Of a stretch of 64,000 nt of DNA, positions 29,715 through 40,021 are shown in pieces. Source of the stretch: Escherichia coli. Its GTDB lineage: Bacteria > Pseudomonadota > Gammaproteobacteria > Enterobacterales > Enterobacteriaceae. The number at the start of each line of letters is the position of its first letter. The first letter of the stretch is position 1. Below the pieces are notes generated by a model that searched no databases, was not told the origin of the DNA, and saw nothing but the letters and a program-made list of their open reading frames with translations. The stretch lies in NCBI RefSeq assembly GCF_048403405.1, contig NZ_CP183129.1; one strand, written 5' to 3'. A program made the translations under genes and the position numbers.

Positions 29715-30448
29715 AAAATGTTATCTGGAGTGGTCTGAATTCTACTAACTTAGTTTTTTCAGACCGCTTCTGACCACAATGGCCTGTGAGGTTCTGCTGC
29801 TAGTCAACATAAAATAACAAAGCCGGCAGGTGGTGGTTGTTGTAAAGTTATTCAATGACATTCATGGAGGCTTAAGCGAATTATTTGTCCCTGGTCGGTA
29901 TGGTGGCAACAGCTTGTTGCGAGAATTTGGCTAATTTGGACTGACTTCCGCTCCTTGCTCAAAGCGGACTAGAAGGTTAGCTTGTGTCGGACTTTGCGTA
30001 TTAAAAGAAGTGCTGGTGGTGACTAGTGGTTGAGCCCCATTTCCACAGAAAAAATCAGAGAAACTATACCCAATAGTTGTATTGAATCACTGACGAGACA
30101 GCCTCATATTCATCAGGACTGGTGTACGTCCAATACAGGAGGTTGTGGTGCTGGTTCTCAAATGTGCGCTGGCTATTACGGCTGTAATGGCGATTTATTG
30201 TCTTGCTATTGTTCTTATGGATCGCCTTTCTGACTGATTTCATATTGGCGAGGTAAAGGTAGTTAAGTAGAATGGCTGCGGGTGCTTGAGGCTATCTGCC
30301 TCGGGCATGAACACCAAAGGCAGATAGAGAAAAGCCCCAGTTAACATTACGCGTCCTGCAAGACGCTTAACATTAATCTGAGGCCAATTTCATGCTAGAC
30401 ACATGTAGGTTAGCCTCTTACGTGCCGGAAGGCAAGGAGAAGCAGGCT

Positions 30449-30604
30449 ATGAAGCAGCAAAAGGCGATGTTAATCGCCCTGATCGTCATCTGTTTAACCG
30501 TCATAGTGACGGCACTGGTAACGAGGAAAGACCTCTGCGAGGTACGAATCCGAACCGGCCAGACGGAGGTCGCTGTCTTCACAGCTTACGAACCTGAGGA
30601 GTAA
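30449..30604 (+). CDS. hokD: Hok/Gef-family membrane toxin (type I toxin)
   Basis: 51 aa, MKQQKAMLIALIVICLTVIVTALVTRKDLCEVRIRTGQTEVAVFTAYEPEE; embedded in a longer mok-like upstream ORF (30392..). Confidence 0.85.
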   Translation: MKQQKAMLIALIVICLTVIVTALVTRKDLCEVRIRTGQTEVAVFTAYEPEE

Positions 30605-30672
30605 GAGACCCGGCGAGGGAGAAATCCCTCGCCACCTCTGATGTGGCAGGCATCCTCAACGCACCCGCACTT

Positions 30673-30699
30673 AACCCGCTTCGGCGGGTTTTTGTTTTT
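30673..30699 (+). terminator. intrinsic terminator downstream of hok
   Basis: AACCCGCTTCGGCGGGTT hairpin followed by TTTTGTTTTT. Confidence 0.7.
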
Positions 30700-30820
30700 A
30701 TTTTCAACGCGTTTGAAGTTCTGGACGGTGCCGGAATAGAATCAAAAATACTTAAGTAGCGCGCAGGGATAAGAGGGATGGTCCCTTAAAGGGGAGAGCT
30801 AATTATCCGGAAGAATTCTG

Positions 30821-31072
30821 ATGATGAACATCGAAGAACTGCGTAAAATTTTTTGTGAAGATGGCCTCTATGCTGTGTGCGTTGAAAATGGAAATCTTGT
30901 TAGTCATTACCGCATTATGTGTTTGCGAAAGAATGGGGCTGCGTTAATTAATTTTGTGGATGGTCGAGTGACAGACGGATTTATCTTGCGCGAAGGTGAG
31001 TTTGTCACTTCATTACAGGCACTGAAAGAGATCGGAATAAAAGCAGGCTTTTCAGCTTTTGCAGAAGAATAA
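30821..31072 (+). CDS. hypothetical 83-aa protein (position and length of Qin rem)
   Basis: 83-aa ORF with RBS; between hok and the DUF968 gene, as rem is in Qin. Confidence 0.5.
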   Translation: MMNIEELRKIFCEDGLYAVCVENGNLVSHYRIMCLRKNGAALINFVDGRVTDGFILREGEFVTSLQALKEIGIKAGFSAFAEE

Positions 31073-31138
31073 ACTCATCTACAATCTTGCGCGGGGCTGA
31101 ACTCCCGCTGAGTAACACCGTGCCACCGGAGAAAACCG

Positions 31139-31417
31139 ATGGCACGCAACGTAAAATATTACAATTCTGATAATTCGCCCGTTCTTGCCTGCACGCACGG
31201 GCGGTATTCTCACGCATTCAAGTCTGAATGGTTCCAGCACCCTCCATGCACTGCAGAACAGGCCGAATGGCTGATTCATTCTTACCGCAGGCGCGGGTTC
31301 GAGGTTAAGAAAGCTCTCAGTCTCGACTATCGGCACTGGATAATCTCTGTCAGGCTGCCTTATTCCGAACGCCCACCACGTGCGTCCCGCACTTTCCAGC
31401 AACGGATCTGGAGGTAA
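31139..31417 (+). CDS. hypothetical protein
   Basis: 92-aa ORF with GGAG RBS; its stop abuts the GTG start of the next gene. Confidence 0.5.
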   Translation: MARNVKYYNSDNSPVLACTHGRYSHAFKSEWFQHPPCTAEQAEWLIHSYRRRGFEVKKALSLDYRHWIISVRLPYSERPPRASRTFQQRIWR

Positions 31418-31418
31418 C

Positions 31419-32468
31419 GTGCGGGTATTACTTAGACCTGTTCTGGTGCCTGAGCTTGGGCTGGTGGTCCTTAAGCCGGGCCGTGAATCCATACAGATAT
31501 TTCATAATCCTCGAGTGCTGGTGGAACCGGAACCAAAAAGCATGCGTAATCTGCCATCCGGAGTCGTTCCTGCCGTTCGCCAGCCGCTGGCGGAAGACAA
31601 AACATTGCTGCCGTTTTTTAGTAACGAACGGGTGATTCGTGCTGCTGGCGGCGTTGGCGCATTGTCTGACTGGCTATTACGTCATGTTACATCCTGCCAG
31701 TGGCCTAATGGCGATTACCATCACACTGAAACAGTCATTCACCGTTATGGTACCGGCGCAATGGTGTTGTGCTGGCACTGCGACAACCAACTGCGTGACC
31801 AGACATCGGAATCACTGGAGCTGCTTGCTCAACAAAATCTGACAGCATGGGTGATTGACGTCATCCGTCACGCAATAAGCGGTACGCAGGAGCGGGAATT
31901 ATCTTTGGCTGAATTATCCTGGTGGGCGGTCTGCAATCAGGTGGTGGATGCACTACCTGAGGCTGTATCGCGTCGTTCGCTGGGATTACCAGCGGAAAAA
32001 ATCTGCTCGGTGTACCGCGAAAGCGACATCGTACCGGGAGAGCAGACCGCCACCAGCATATTGAAACAACGCACAAAAAATCTTGCACCGTTGCCTTACG
32101 CCCACCAGCAACAAAAACCACCACAGGAAAAGACGGTGGTAAGCATCAACGTTGATCCAGAGTCTCCGGAATCTTTCATGAAGCTGCCTAAACGTCGCCG
32201 CTGGGTTAAGGAGAAATACACTCGTTGGGTTAAGACACAGCCGTGTGCTTGCTGCGGTATGCCAGCCGACGATCCGCATCATCTGATTGGTCACGGGCAG
32301 GGCGGAATGGGAACAAAAGCACATGATCTCTTTGTGTTGCCTTTGTGCAGAAAGCATCACAACGAGCTGCATACGGATACAGTGGCATTTGAAGAGAAGT
32401 ATGGCTCCCAACTGGAGCTGATATTTCGTTTTATCGATCGCGCGCTGGCAACTGGCGTACTGGCGTAA
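31419..32468 (+). CDS. DUF968-family protein with HNH-like motif (YdfU-like)
   Basis: 349 aa from a GTG start with GGAGG RBS; C-terminal CACCGMPADDPHHLIGHG...CRKHHNELH Zn/HNH-like motif; located just upstream of Q. Confidence 0.7.
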   Translation: MRVLLRPVLVPELGLVVLKPGRESIQIFHNPRVLVEPEPKSMRNLPSGVVPAVRQPLAEDKTLLPFFSNERVIRAAGGVGALSDWLLRHVTSCQWPNGDYHHTETVIHRYGTGAMVLCWHCDNQLRDQTSESLELLAQQNLTAWVIDVIRHAISGTQERELSLAELSWWAVCNQVVDALPEAVSRRSLGLPAEKICSVYRESDIVPGEQTATSILKQRTKNLAPLPYAHQQQKPPQEKTVVSINVDPESPESFMKLPKRRRWVKEKYTRWVKTQPCACCGMPADDPHHLIGHGQGGMGTKAHDLFVLPLCRKHHNELHTDTVAFEEKYGSQLELIFRFIDRALATGVLA

Positions 32469-32481
32469 GTGGAGAACGAGC

Positions 32482-33234
32482 ATGAACCTTGAAGCCTTAC
32501 CAAAATATTACTCCCCAAAATCTCTAAAATTGAGCGATGACGCTCCAGCGACAGGCACCGGTTGTTTAACAATTACGGATGTAATGGCAGCGCAGGGGAT
32601 GGTGCAGTCGAAAGCACCACTTGGGTTGGCCTTATTTCTGGCAAAAGTTGGTGTTCAGGACCCTCAGTTTGCGATTGAAGGCCTGCTAAATTACGCGATG
32701 GCACTGGATAACCCGACATTGAACAAATTGAGTGAAGAAAGCCGGTTACAGATTATTCCTTACCTCGTGAATTTTGCCTTTGCTGATTACTCCAGGTCTG
32801 CGGCAAGTAAGGCTCGCTGTGAGCATTGTTCAGGTACGGGATTTTATAATGTATTGCGCGAAGTGGTGAAACACTACAGACGCGGGGAATCTGTAATCAA
32901 GGAAGAATGGGTAAAGGAACTATGTCAGCATTGCCATGGTAAGGGCGAAGTCAGCACAGCGTGCAGAGGGTGTAAGGGTAAAGGGATTGTTCTGGATGAA
33001 AAAAGAACCCGGTTTCATGGCGTACCGGTATATAAGATTTGTGGGCGTTGTAATGGAAACCGGTTTAGTCGTTTACCGACCACGCTGGCACGACGTCATG
33101 TCCAGAAGCTGGTACCAGACCTGACCGATTATCAGTGGTATAAGGGGTATGCGGACGTCATTGATAAACTGGTAACAAAGTGCTGGCAGGAAGAAGCATA
33201 CGCGGAAGCGCAATTGAGGAAGGTGACGAGATAA
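32482..33234 (+). CDS. late-gene antitermination protein Q
   Basis: 250 aa; zinc-binding CxxC clusters ([34 protein letters not shown]) typical of Q antiterminators. Confidence 0.8.
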   Translation: MNLEALPKYYSPKSLKLSDDAPATGTGCLTITDVMAAQGMVQSKAPLGLALFLAKVGVQDPQFAIEGLLNYAMALDNPTLNKLSEESRLQIIPYLVNFAFADYSRSAASKARCEHCSGTGFYNVLREVVKHYRRGESVIKEEWVKELCQHCHGKGEVSTACRGCKGKGIVLDEKRTRFHGVPVYKICGRCNGNRFSRLPTTLARRHVQKLVPDLTDYQWYKGYADVIDKLVTKCWQEEAYAEAQLRKVTR

Positions 33235-33341
33235 ATGATTTTTGCTGAAGATGGCGACATGATGTTTGCATTTTTCAAAAAACATGGATAAGATTTTCTC
33301 AACGATGGGCTTTGTGTATCCGACGTTTAGAAAAAAGTAGA

Positions 33342-33367
33342 AAACCCGCTTATAAGCGGGTTTTTGT
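33342..33367 (+). terminator. intrinsic terminator (tR'-like) about 110 bp downstream of Q
   Basis: AAACCCGCT-TATA-AGCGGGTTT hairpin plus T tract. Confidence 0.6.
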
Positions 33368-33404
33368 GCTTTAAATGGGGCAATAGAGATATTGAATCTC
33401 ATCC

Positions 33405-33589
33405 CGGGATAAACATTGGCAGTTGAAGGTCCACGCGAACCATTTATCCGGCAAAATTCCACGCGTAATCCTGTGGTAATTTCTTCTGCATCTCGAAGAT
33501 TGAGAGCTGAAACGTGAAGCTGGGCATCGATACGCCATCGGATGGGAATATAAGACCTTTGCTGCTTTTGTAGTCAAAGTTTTTGACAA
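33405..33589 (-). pseudogene. degraded cold-shock protein gene (cspF-like remnant)
   Basis: Minus-strand frame encodes ...[42 protein letters not shown] (Csp C-terminal half) but the N-terminus is in another frame and no stop follows the expected end. Confidence 0.5.
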
Positions 33590-33909
33590 TTCCTGTCATT
33601 TTAGGGGACAGAAAAACTCCTTAATACTGATAACCTGGTGCACCATACACACGTTCCTGGAGAAAACTACTTTTTTGATAGGGTTGAAGGTGGCTGGATG
33701 TCTAAAATAAACATTGCTTCATATGTTCAACTATGAGTTAATGACTGCGTCGGTTTGAAGAACAGACGATATACGAAGTAGTTTACTAAAGCAGTTCTCA
33801 TTTCAGGTGTTATTCACTTATTCCTTCTTTGAGTCTCTCCAATTAAGTACGAAGTCGTTTCTGTTATGCAAACCATTTATGCCGAAAGGCTCAAGTTAAG
33901 GAATGTAGA

Positions 33910-34125
33910 ATGTCAAATAAAATGACTGGTTTAGTAAAATGGTTTAACGCTGATAAAGGTTTCGGCTTTATTTCTCCTGTTGATGGTAGTAAAGATGTGT
34001 TTGTGCATTTTTCTGCGATTCAGAATGATAATTATCGAACCTTATTTGAAGGTCAAAAGGTTACCTTCTCTATAGAGAGTGGTGCTAAAGGTCCTGCAGC
34101 AGCAAATGTCATCATTACTGATTAA
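33910..34125 (+). CDS. cspB: cold-shock protein (CspA family)
   Basis: 71 aa, [38 protein letters not shown]... with RNP1/RNP2 motifs; long 5' leader typical of csp genes. Confidence 0.8.
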   Translation: MSNKMTGLVKWFNADKGFGFISPVDGSKDVFVHFSAIQNDNYRTLFEGQKVTFSIESGAKGPAAANVIITD

Positions 34126-34406
34126 AATTCATCGCTCGTCTGTATACGATAACGAAGAAGGCTGATGCCTGAGTAGAGATACGGACAGAGTAGTGAATAT
34201 TGGATCTCTTTAATAAAAAGTAAGGAGGTCCAATACATGAAACAATGGCCAGCATATTTGGCAAAATCTTAATCAGGAAAAGTATGCTAACCATTGTGGT
34301 GAAGTGCAGGTTTGCTGCATGAATAGTTTCACAGCAGAAGCTAACTGCTGGCATCGCAAAACAAAGTGCGTAAGTGGATGACTCCCACAAAAAGCACCAC
34401 AATCTC

Positions 34407-34430
34407 AAACCCGCTCAGGCGGGTTTTTTA
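34407..34430 (+). terminator. intrinsic terminator downstream of the csp gene
   Basis: AAACCCGC-TCAG-GCGGGTTT followed by TTTTTATT. Confidence 0.7.
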
Positions 34431-34488
34431 TTATCTGCTTTAAATATATTATTAAAATATAAAAAATACTTGTTACTAATAAAATCAA

Positions 34489-34659
34489 TCAGGCTACAGC
34501 TTTAAGATTTGTCTGGAATACTTTGTTGCAATGAGGGCAGATCAAAAGGGCACCTTTTTGTACTCTTGAAAAACTGTGTTCTGACTCTTGGGTGCAGTTT
34601 GGGCAGGAACATTTAACGAGATAATTACGGCGTGATTTTGAGTCTTTACGTTCTGACAT
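34489..34659 (-). CDS. small C4 zinc-ribbon protein
   Basis: 56 aa from MSERKDSKSRRNYLVKCSCPNCTQESEHSFSRVQKGALLICPHCNKVFQTNLKAVA; strong RBS (AGGAAAAG) before this Met. Confidence 0.5.
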   Translation of the reverse strand: MSERKDSKSRRNYLVKCSCPNCTQESEHSFSRVQKGALLICPHCNKVFQTNLKAVA

Positions 34660-34878
34660 AGGCTTTTCCTGTATAAATGGCCGTATACAGTACACTAAAT
34701 ATGAAAACATTTCTCGTATTATTATTTTATATGTGACTTTCTTTCAAAATAATTACCCACATTTTTAATGTGTATGTTTTTTTAGCGCCGTTGAGAACAA
34801 CGTGTGCTGTCAAAACTACCCCGTAGACTCCGATCTTTTCAAACATATTGCACCATCCGTGTACATCGGGGTGAGGAT

Positions 34879-35094
34879 ATGAAATCAATGGATAAGTTAA
34901 CAACAGGTGTTGCCTATGGCACATCGGCGGGTAATGCTGGTTTCTGGGCATTGCAGTTACTCGATAAAGTAACTCCGTCACAGTGGGCTGCAATCGGTGT
35001 GCTGGGTAGCCTGGTTTTTGGCCTGCTGACGTATCTGACAAATCTTTATTTCAAGATTAAAGAAGACAGGCGTAAGGCTGCGAGAGGAGAGTAA
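34879..35094 (+). CDS. essQ: class II pinholin (phage 21 S-like) with dual-start motif
   Basis: [71 protein letters not shown]; two TM helices; Met1/Met4 dual start. Confidence 0.85.
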   Translation: MKSMDKLTTGVAYGTSAGNAGFWALQLLDKVTPSQWAAIGVLGSLVFGLLTYLTNLYFKIKEDRRKAARGE

Positions 35095-35098
35095 TCCA

Positions 35099-35650
35099 AT
35101 GACTCAAGACTATGAACTGGTTGTGAAAGGAGTCCGTAATTTTGAGAATAAAGTTACGGTAACTGTAGCCTTACGGGACAAAAAACACTTTGACGGTGAA
35201 ATTTTTGACCTGGACATCTCGCTGGACCGTGTTGAAGGTGCCGCGCTGGAGTTTTATGAGGCAGCAGCCAGAAGGAGCATCAGACAGGTCTTCCTGGATG
35301 TTGCTGCCGGGTTATGTGAAGGGGATGAGCAGTCGCCGGAAAAGCGCCCCATAATTTTAGAGGCGCAGAATGTGTGGATAACCTACAAAGGAAAGCTACC
35401 GGGAAGAATTACTGGTTCTCTGAAGACGCCACCGACGGCATTGCGGTCAGAAAAAGATGATATTGAATCGCCCATTGAAAAACTGGAGGGCAGCGTCGCT
35501 GATCTGAATAAAAAATTGTCGGTGCTGATTCCTTCTGAAGATGAAAAAAAACGCCGCGATGAGCAGTTTGCGGCGTTTTACGATTATTGCATTGAAGTTA
35601 CTCGCAGGAATTTTGTGAAGATTTTTGAGGAGGGTAAATCTCTTCAGTAA
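35099..35650 (+). CDS. hypothetical protein inserted between holin and endolysin
   Basis: 183-aa ORF with GAGGAG RBS directly after the holin stop; no recognisable motif. Confidence 0.55.
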   Translation: MTQDYELVVKGVRNFENKVTVTVALRDKKHFDGEIFDLDISLDRVEGAALEFYEAAARRSIRQVFLDVAAGLCEGDEQSPEKRPIILEAQNVWITYKGKLPGRITGSLKTPPTALRSEKDDIESPIEKLEGSVADLNKKLSVLIPSEDEKKRRDEQFAAFYDYCIEVTRRNFVKIFEEGKSLQ

Positions 35651-35858
35651 GCTTATTGGCGGACGCTGCAATTAATTCAGGAAGGTCCGCAAGGTCATCT
35701 GTCAGTGGATATGATGAAAAATCGGCGGCAGTTCTGTTAAGAAGCGCTTTAACTAATTCCTTTTCCTTCTCCGGCAACAAGTTGATTAGAGCTACGACTG
35801 CTTGCCTGAGTGCGATTAAATCAGCAAAAGTTTGTTTAGGTAGATTTGTGTAATCCAT
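35598..35858 (-). CDS. hypothetical protein, convergent to the lysis operon
   Basis: 86-aa ORF with GAGG RBS 8 nt upstream of its ATG; helical, acidic; overlaps the previous gene's 3' end by 53 nt. Confidence 0.45.
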   Translation of the reverse strand: MDYTNLPKQTFADLIALRQAVVALINLLPEKEKELVKALLNRTAADFSSYPLTDDLADLPELIAASANKLTEEIYPPQKSSQNSCE

Positions 35859-35971
35859 AGTCGCCTCTGTGTTTATCAGATTGACATCCTCCTCCCGCCA
35901 GTGCCCATCACTGGTGAGGTAAGATTTAACATATCCGGGGATTTGAAGCCGATAAATCCTGATAAATATCC

Positions 35972-36999
<1,028 letters not shown>

Positions 37000-37362
37000 A
37001 TTAATATTAAATCGGATTATTTTTAGCGCTGAATGTGAAATTTAAATAAAAAGGACTCTTCCATGAGTCAAAATCCTTGAAATCTTAAGGGTAAGATAAA
37101 AGGTCATTAGACAGAATGACACGTTTTATTAATAAATAAAGCTATTGTTTCATTCGTGTGTTTTTCTTTACAAAAGTAATCCTTGCTATGGTTGGTTAAT
37201 CATGCGTTAATGGTGTTCTGGTTTGTTACAAAATTATCTGAAGCAGTCATTGTTATAATTTTATTATTTGTACCTCTTGAGATTTCCTTGTTGGTTTTTC
37301 TCTCTGATATTTTTTTTCGGACCATTCTGCCCAAGGGCTAACTTCTTCAAAAGGTAATAATG

Positions 37363-37575
37363 ATGTCTAACAAAATGACTGGTTTAGTGAAATGGTTTAA
37401 CCCTGAAAAAGGTTTTGGTTTCATCACGCCGAAAGATGGTAGCAAAGATGTGTTTGTCCATTTCTCAGCTATTCAGAGCAACGATTTCAAAACGTTAACT
37501 GAGAATCAGGAAGTCGAATTTGGTATTGAGAACGGACCTAAAGGCCCCGCGGCTGTTCATGTTGTGGCACTTTGA
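37363..37575 (+). CDS. cold-shock protein (CspA family; cspI-like position after the lysis cassette)
   Basis: [45 protein letters not shown]... Confidence 0.8.
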   Translation: MSNKMTGLVKWFNPEKGFGFITPKDGSKDVFVHFSAIQSNDFKTLTENQEVEFGIENGPKGPAAVHVVAL

Positions 37576-37779
37576 GGTAGATAATATTACAAACCATATT
37601 CACTTTAGATGCCCGTGTTGCCATGGTTCTCAGTATAGAACATCATCTTTTGATGTTTCTGACAGGAATCCTTTCGGGGCAAAATGTATCTTTTGTAAAT
37701 CAATGATGATTACATTTGATAATATTTCACAATACTTAAATGTTAGCCGTCTATCGTTAGATTTAAGAAAGTGAAAATG

Positions 37780-37804
37780 AAGGCTCCTTCGGGAGCTTTT
37801 TTTC
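37780..37804 (+). terminator. intrinsic terminator
   Basis: AAGGCTCC-TTCG-GGAGCTT followed by TTTTTTT. Confidence 0.65.
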
Positions 37805-37846
37805 TTAGTGTCTAGTCGATGGATACTCACATAATACGGTAACATT

Positions 37847-38077
37847 ATGAAAAAAATAATAGTTTTTTTTAACTCTGAACCAGCAATGGTAGTGCCAGTG
37901 ATGACCGGAGTTAACACCATCATGCGTGAATATCCAAATGGCGAAACAACACACCTCACTGTAATGGCTGCAGGGTTTCCATCTCTGACCGGAGATCATA
38001 AAATCATTTATGTAGCAGCGGATCGACATGTAACTTCAGAAGAAATTCTGGAAGCAGCAATGAGACTCTTGAATTGA
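37847..38077 (+). CDS. hypothetical protein (moron region)
   Basis: 76-aa ORF in an AT-rich region between csp and gnsB. Confidence 0.45.
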   Translation: MKKIIVFFNSEPAMVVPVMTGVNTIMREYPNGETTHLTVMAAGFPSLTGDHKIIYVAADRHVTSEEILEAAMRLLN

Positions 38078-38249
38078 TTTGATTCTAATGCATTGATAAT
38101 AAATGATAATCATCTTTATCTGTTTGTGTGAAATTTAGACCGTCGTATGTTGATTATTGCGATGTTTCATCTTATCTTTTATACGTTTGCTCCATATAAT
38201 TGACACTACTGTGTACCAGGAAAGTCATAACAGACTAAAAGAGGAAATG

Positions 38250-38423
38250 ATGAACATTGAAGAGTTAAAAACAAAAACAGAAGCAGATATTTCTGAATAT
38301 ATAACAAAAAAAATCATTGAGCTTAAGAAAAAGACCGGGAAAGAAGTTACCAGTATCCAGTTTACTGCACGGGAAAAAATGACTGGTCTTGAAAGCTATG
38401 ATATCAAGATTGATTTAATCTAG
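38250..38423 (+). CDS. gnsB: GnsA/GnsB-family protein
   Basis: 57 aa, MNIEELKTKTEADISEYITKKIIELKKKTGKEVTSIQFTAREKMTGLESYDIKIDLI; RBS AAAGAGGAAA. Confidence 0.7.
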   Translation: MNIEELKTKTEADISEYITKKIIELKKKTGKEVTSIQFTAREKMTGLESYDIKIDLI

Positions 38424-38716
38424 TCTGTTTAGTATTAGCATCAATTTCTCATCAGATGCTATTCAACAATACAAATTACCCATAAACCTCGTTTTTACGG
38501 GGTTTTGTTATATTTAAACATTACCGAATAGGTATAAATCTCGATTGTCGATGGTATTGGTTGTGTGACAATACCTAGTCTTTCCGGTATGCCTGATGAG
38601 AATACAAACGACAGATTATGTAAGGGAAACGCGCTGAATCTTTAACTCTTTCATGCTGAGTGATTTGACGTTATATTTTTAGCCGTAAGTGAAGAGCAAA
38701 CGCATGGAGCGACAAA

Positions 38717-38923
38717 ATGCATAAAGATCAATACACTGATGCCCCCTCCCAGGAGCAGGTTCGTGTAAAAACTATGCTTAATAGCACCATTTCGATGGGT
38801 TACCCGGATGTTGTAATTGCATGTATAGAACATCAAGTGTCTCTGGAAGCATTCAGGGCAATTGAGGCCGCGTTAGTAAAGCACGATAAGAATACGAAGG
38901 ATTATTCCCTGGTGGTTGACTGA
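38717..38923 (+). CDS. hypothetical protein
   Basis: 68-aa ORF; weak support. Confidence 0.3.
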   Translation: MHKDQYTDAPSQEQVRVKTMLNSTISMGYPDVVIACIEHQVSLEAFRAIEAALVKHDKNTKDYSLVVD

Positions 38924-39284
38924 TCACCATAACTGCTAACCATTCTGACCATTTCACAAGTGACAGAGTCAATATCGTATTCTGTCACTGTCAGGCTAAT
39001 ACAGCAATGCAATTCAACTACAGCAATGCCTCGTATTTAGGTGAATTTACAATATCGTCCAGTTCGGATGCCGGCTGCATTTCTGAAGATAAGGCATTTC
39101 GGTTCTCGTATTTTCCCCTCATGCTCGTCAGTCCTGCGCGTAGTAAGAAACAGGACACTCACACTAATTTGTGTGGGCATGCTGTGATGTCCTTCTGAAT
39201 TATCCCCATGCCATTATGTAAAGCTCTGTTAAAGATGCTCGTCACGGTTGTCAGGCTGTCGGGTCCTCCCAGTGGGGGGCCCTG

Positions 39285-39310
39285 CCACGGGGCGGGAGCG
39301 TCGCGGAAAA
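39285..39310. other. candidate cos site (cosN-like) upstream of the terminase genes
   Basis: ACGGGGCGGGAGCGTCGCGG closely resembles the lambda cosN region ACGGGGCGGCGACCTCGCGG as I recall it; about 180 bp upstream of the small terminase gene. Confidence 0.55.
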
Positions 39311-39485
39311 AGGCTAGTTTTTGCATTTCCATGGCGGCGGCAGCATGTTTGGTAATTTATTGATAATTAAAAGTTATTTCCCTTTTCACCTGTACAATAT
39401 TTTTTTCTTCCTGTCATTAGACCAGTTTGCAATTAATTGAAATATATAAATAAACCTGATTTTCACCTGCCAGATGGAGTTGCTT

Positions 39486-40013
39486 ATGTCAAATGTGAGC
39501 GGGATCGGTGATGCTTATTACTGGAGTGTTTTTAAAATCGCCGAGGCCTTTGGGCTTCACCGGGACACAGTAAAAAAACGGCTCCTCGCGGCCAACACTC
39601 CTGTGGCTGCGACTGTCAGGGGGAACCCCGTTTACGCCCTGCAGCATGTCGGGCCCGCCCTGTTTAGTGTGAAGCATGAGGCAGCAGACTCTGTTCATGA
39701 TCCATCCCGTATGGAGCCGAAAGAGAGAAAGGACTGGTACCAGTCTGAAAATGAAAGGATCAAGCTGGAAAAGGAGCAGCGAAAACTCATCCCAGTTGAT
39801 GAAGTAGTCATCGTCTATTCGTCCATGAGAAAGGCTGTCGTCCAGGTTCTGGAGACAATTCCGGATGTTCTTGAACGCGATTGCGCTCTGACTCCTCAGG
39901 CCGTCGGCGTTGTACAGCAGGCCATTGATGACCTGCGATACACTCTTCAGGAAAAATCCTACGAGGCTTGTGCTGCTGAATTAATTCCTGATGAGGAAGG
40001 AGAGAGTCTCTAG
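39486..40013 (+). CDS. terminase small subunit (Nu1-like)
   Basis: N-terminal winged-HTH SVFKIAEAFGLHRDTVKKRL; immediately upstream of the large terminase. Confidence 0.75.
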   Translation: MSNVSGIGDAYYWSVFKIAEAFGLHRDTVKKRLLAANTPVAATVRGNPVYALQHVGPALFSVKHEAADSVHDPSRMEPKERKDWYQSENERIKLEKEQRKLIPVDEVVIVYSSMRKAVVQVLETIPDVLERDCALTPQAVGVVQQAIDDLRYTLQEKSYEACAAELIPDEEGESL

Positions 40014-40021
40014 GAGGAATA

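Noticed and set aside
31861-32483. 87-aa and 165-aa minus-strand ORFs
   Set aside because: Antisense to the DUF968 (YdfU-like) gene; no RBS and implausible composition.
33240-33900. Possible tRNA genes downstream of Q (common in lambdoid phages)
   Set aside because: No cloverleaf-compatible sequence with a GTTC-type T-loop was seen by eye; the region holds a terminator, the csp remnant and the csp leader. A tRNA scan was not run.
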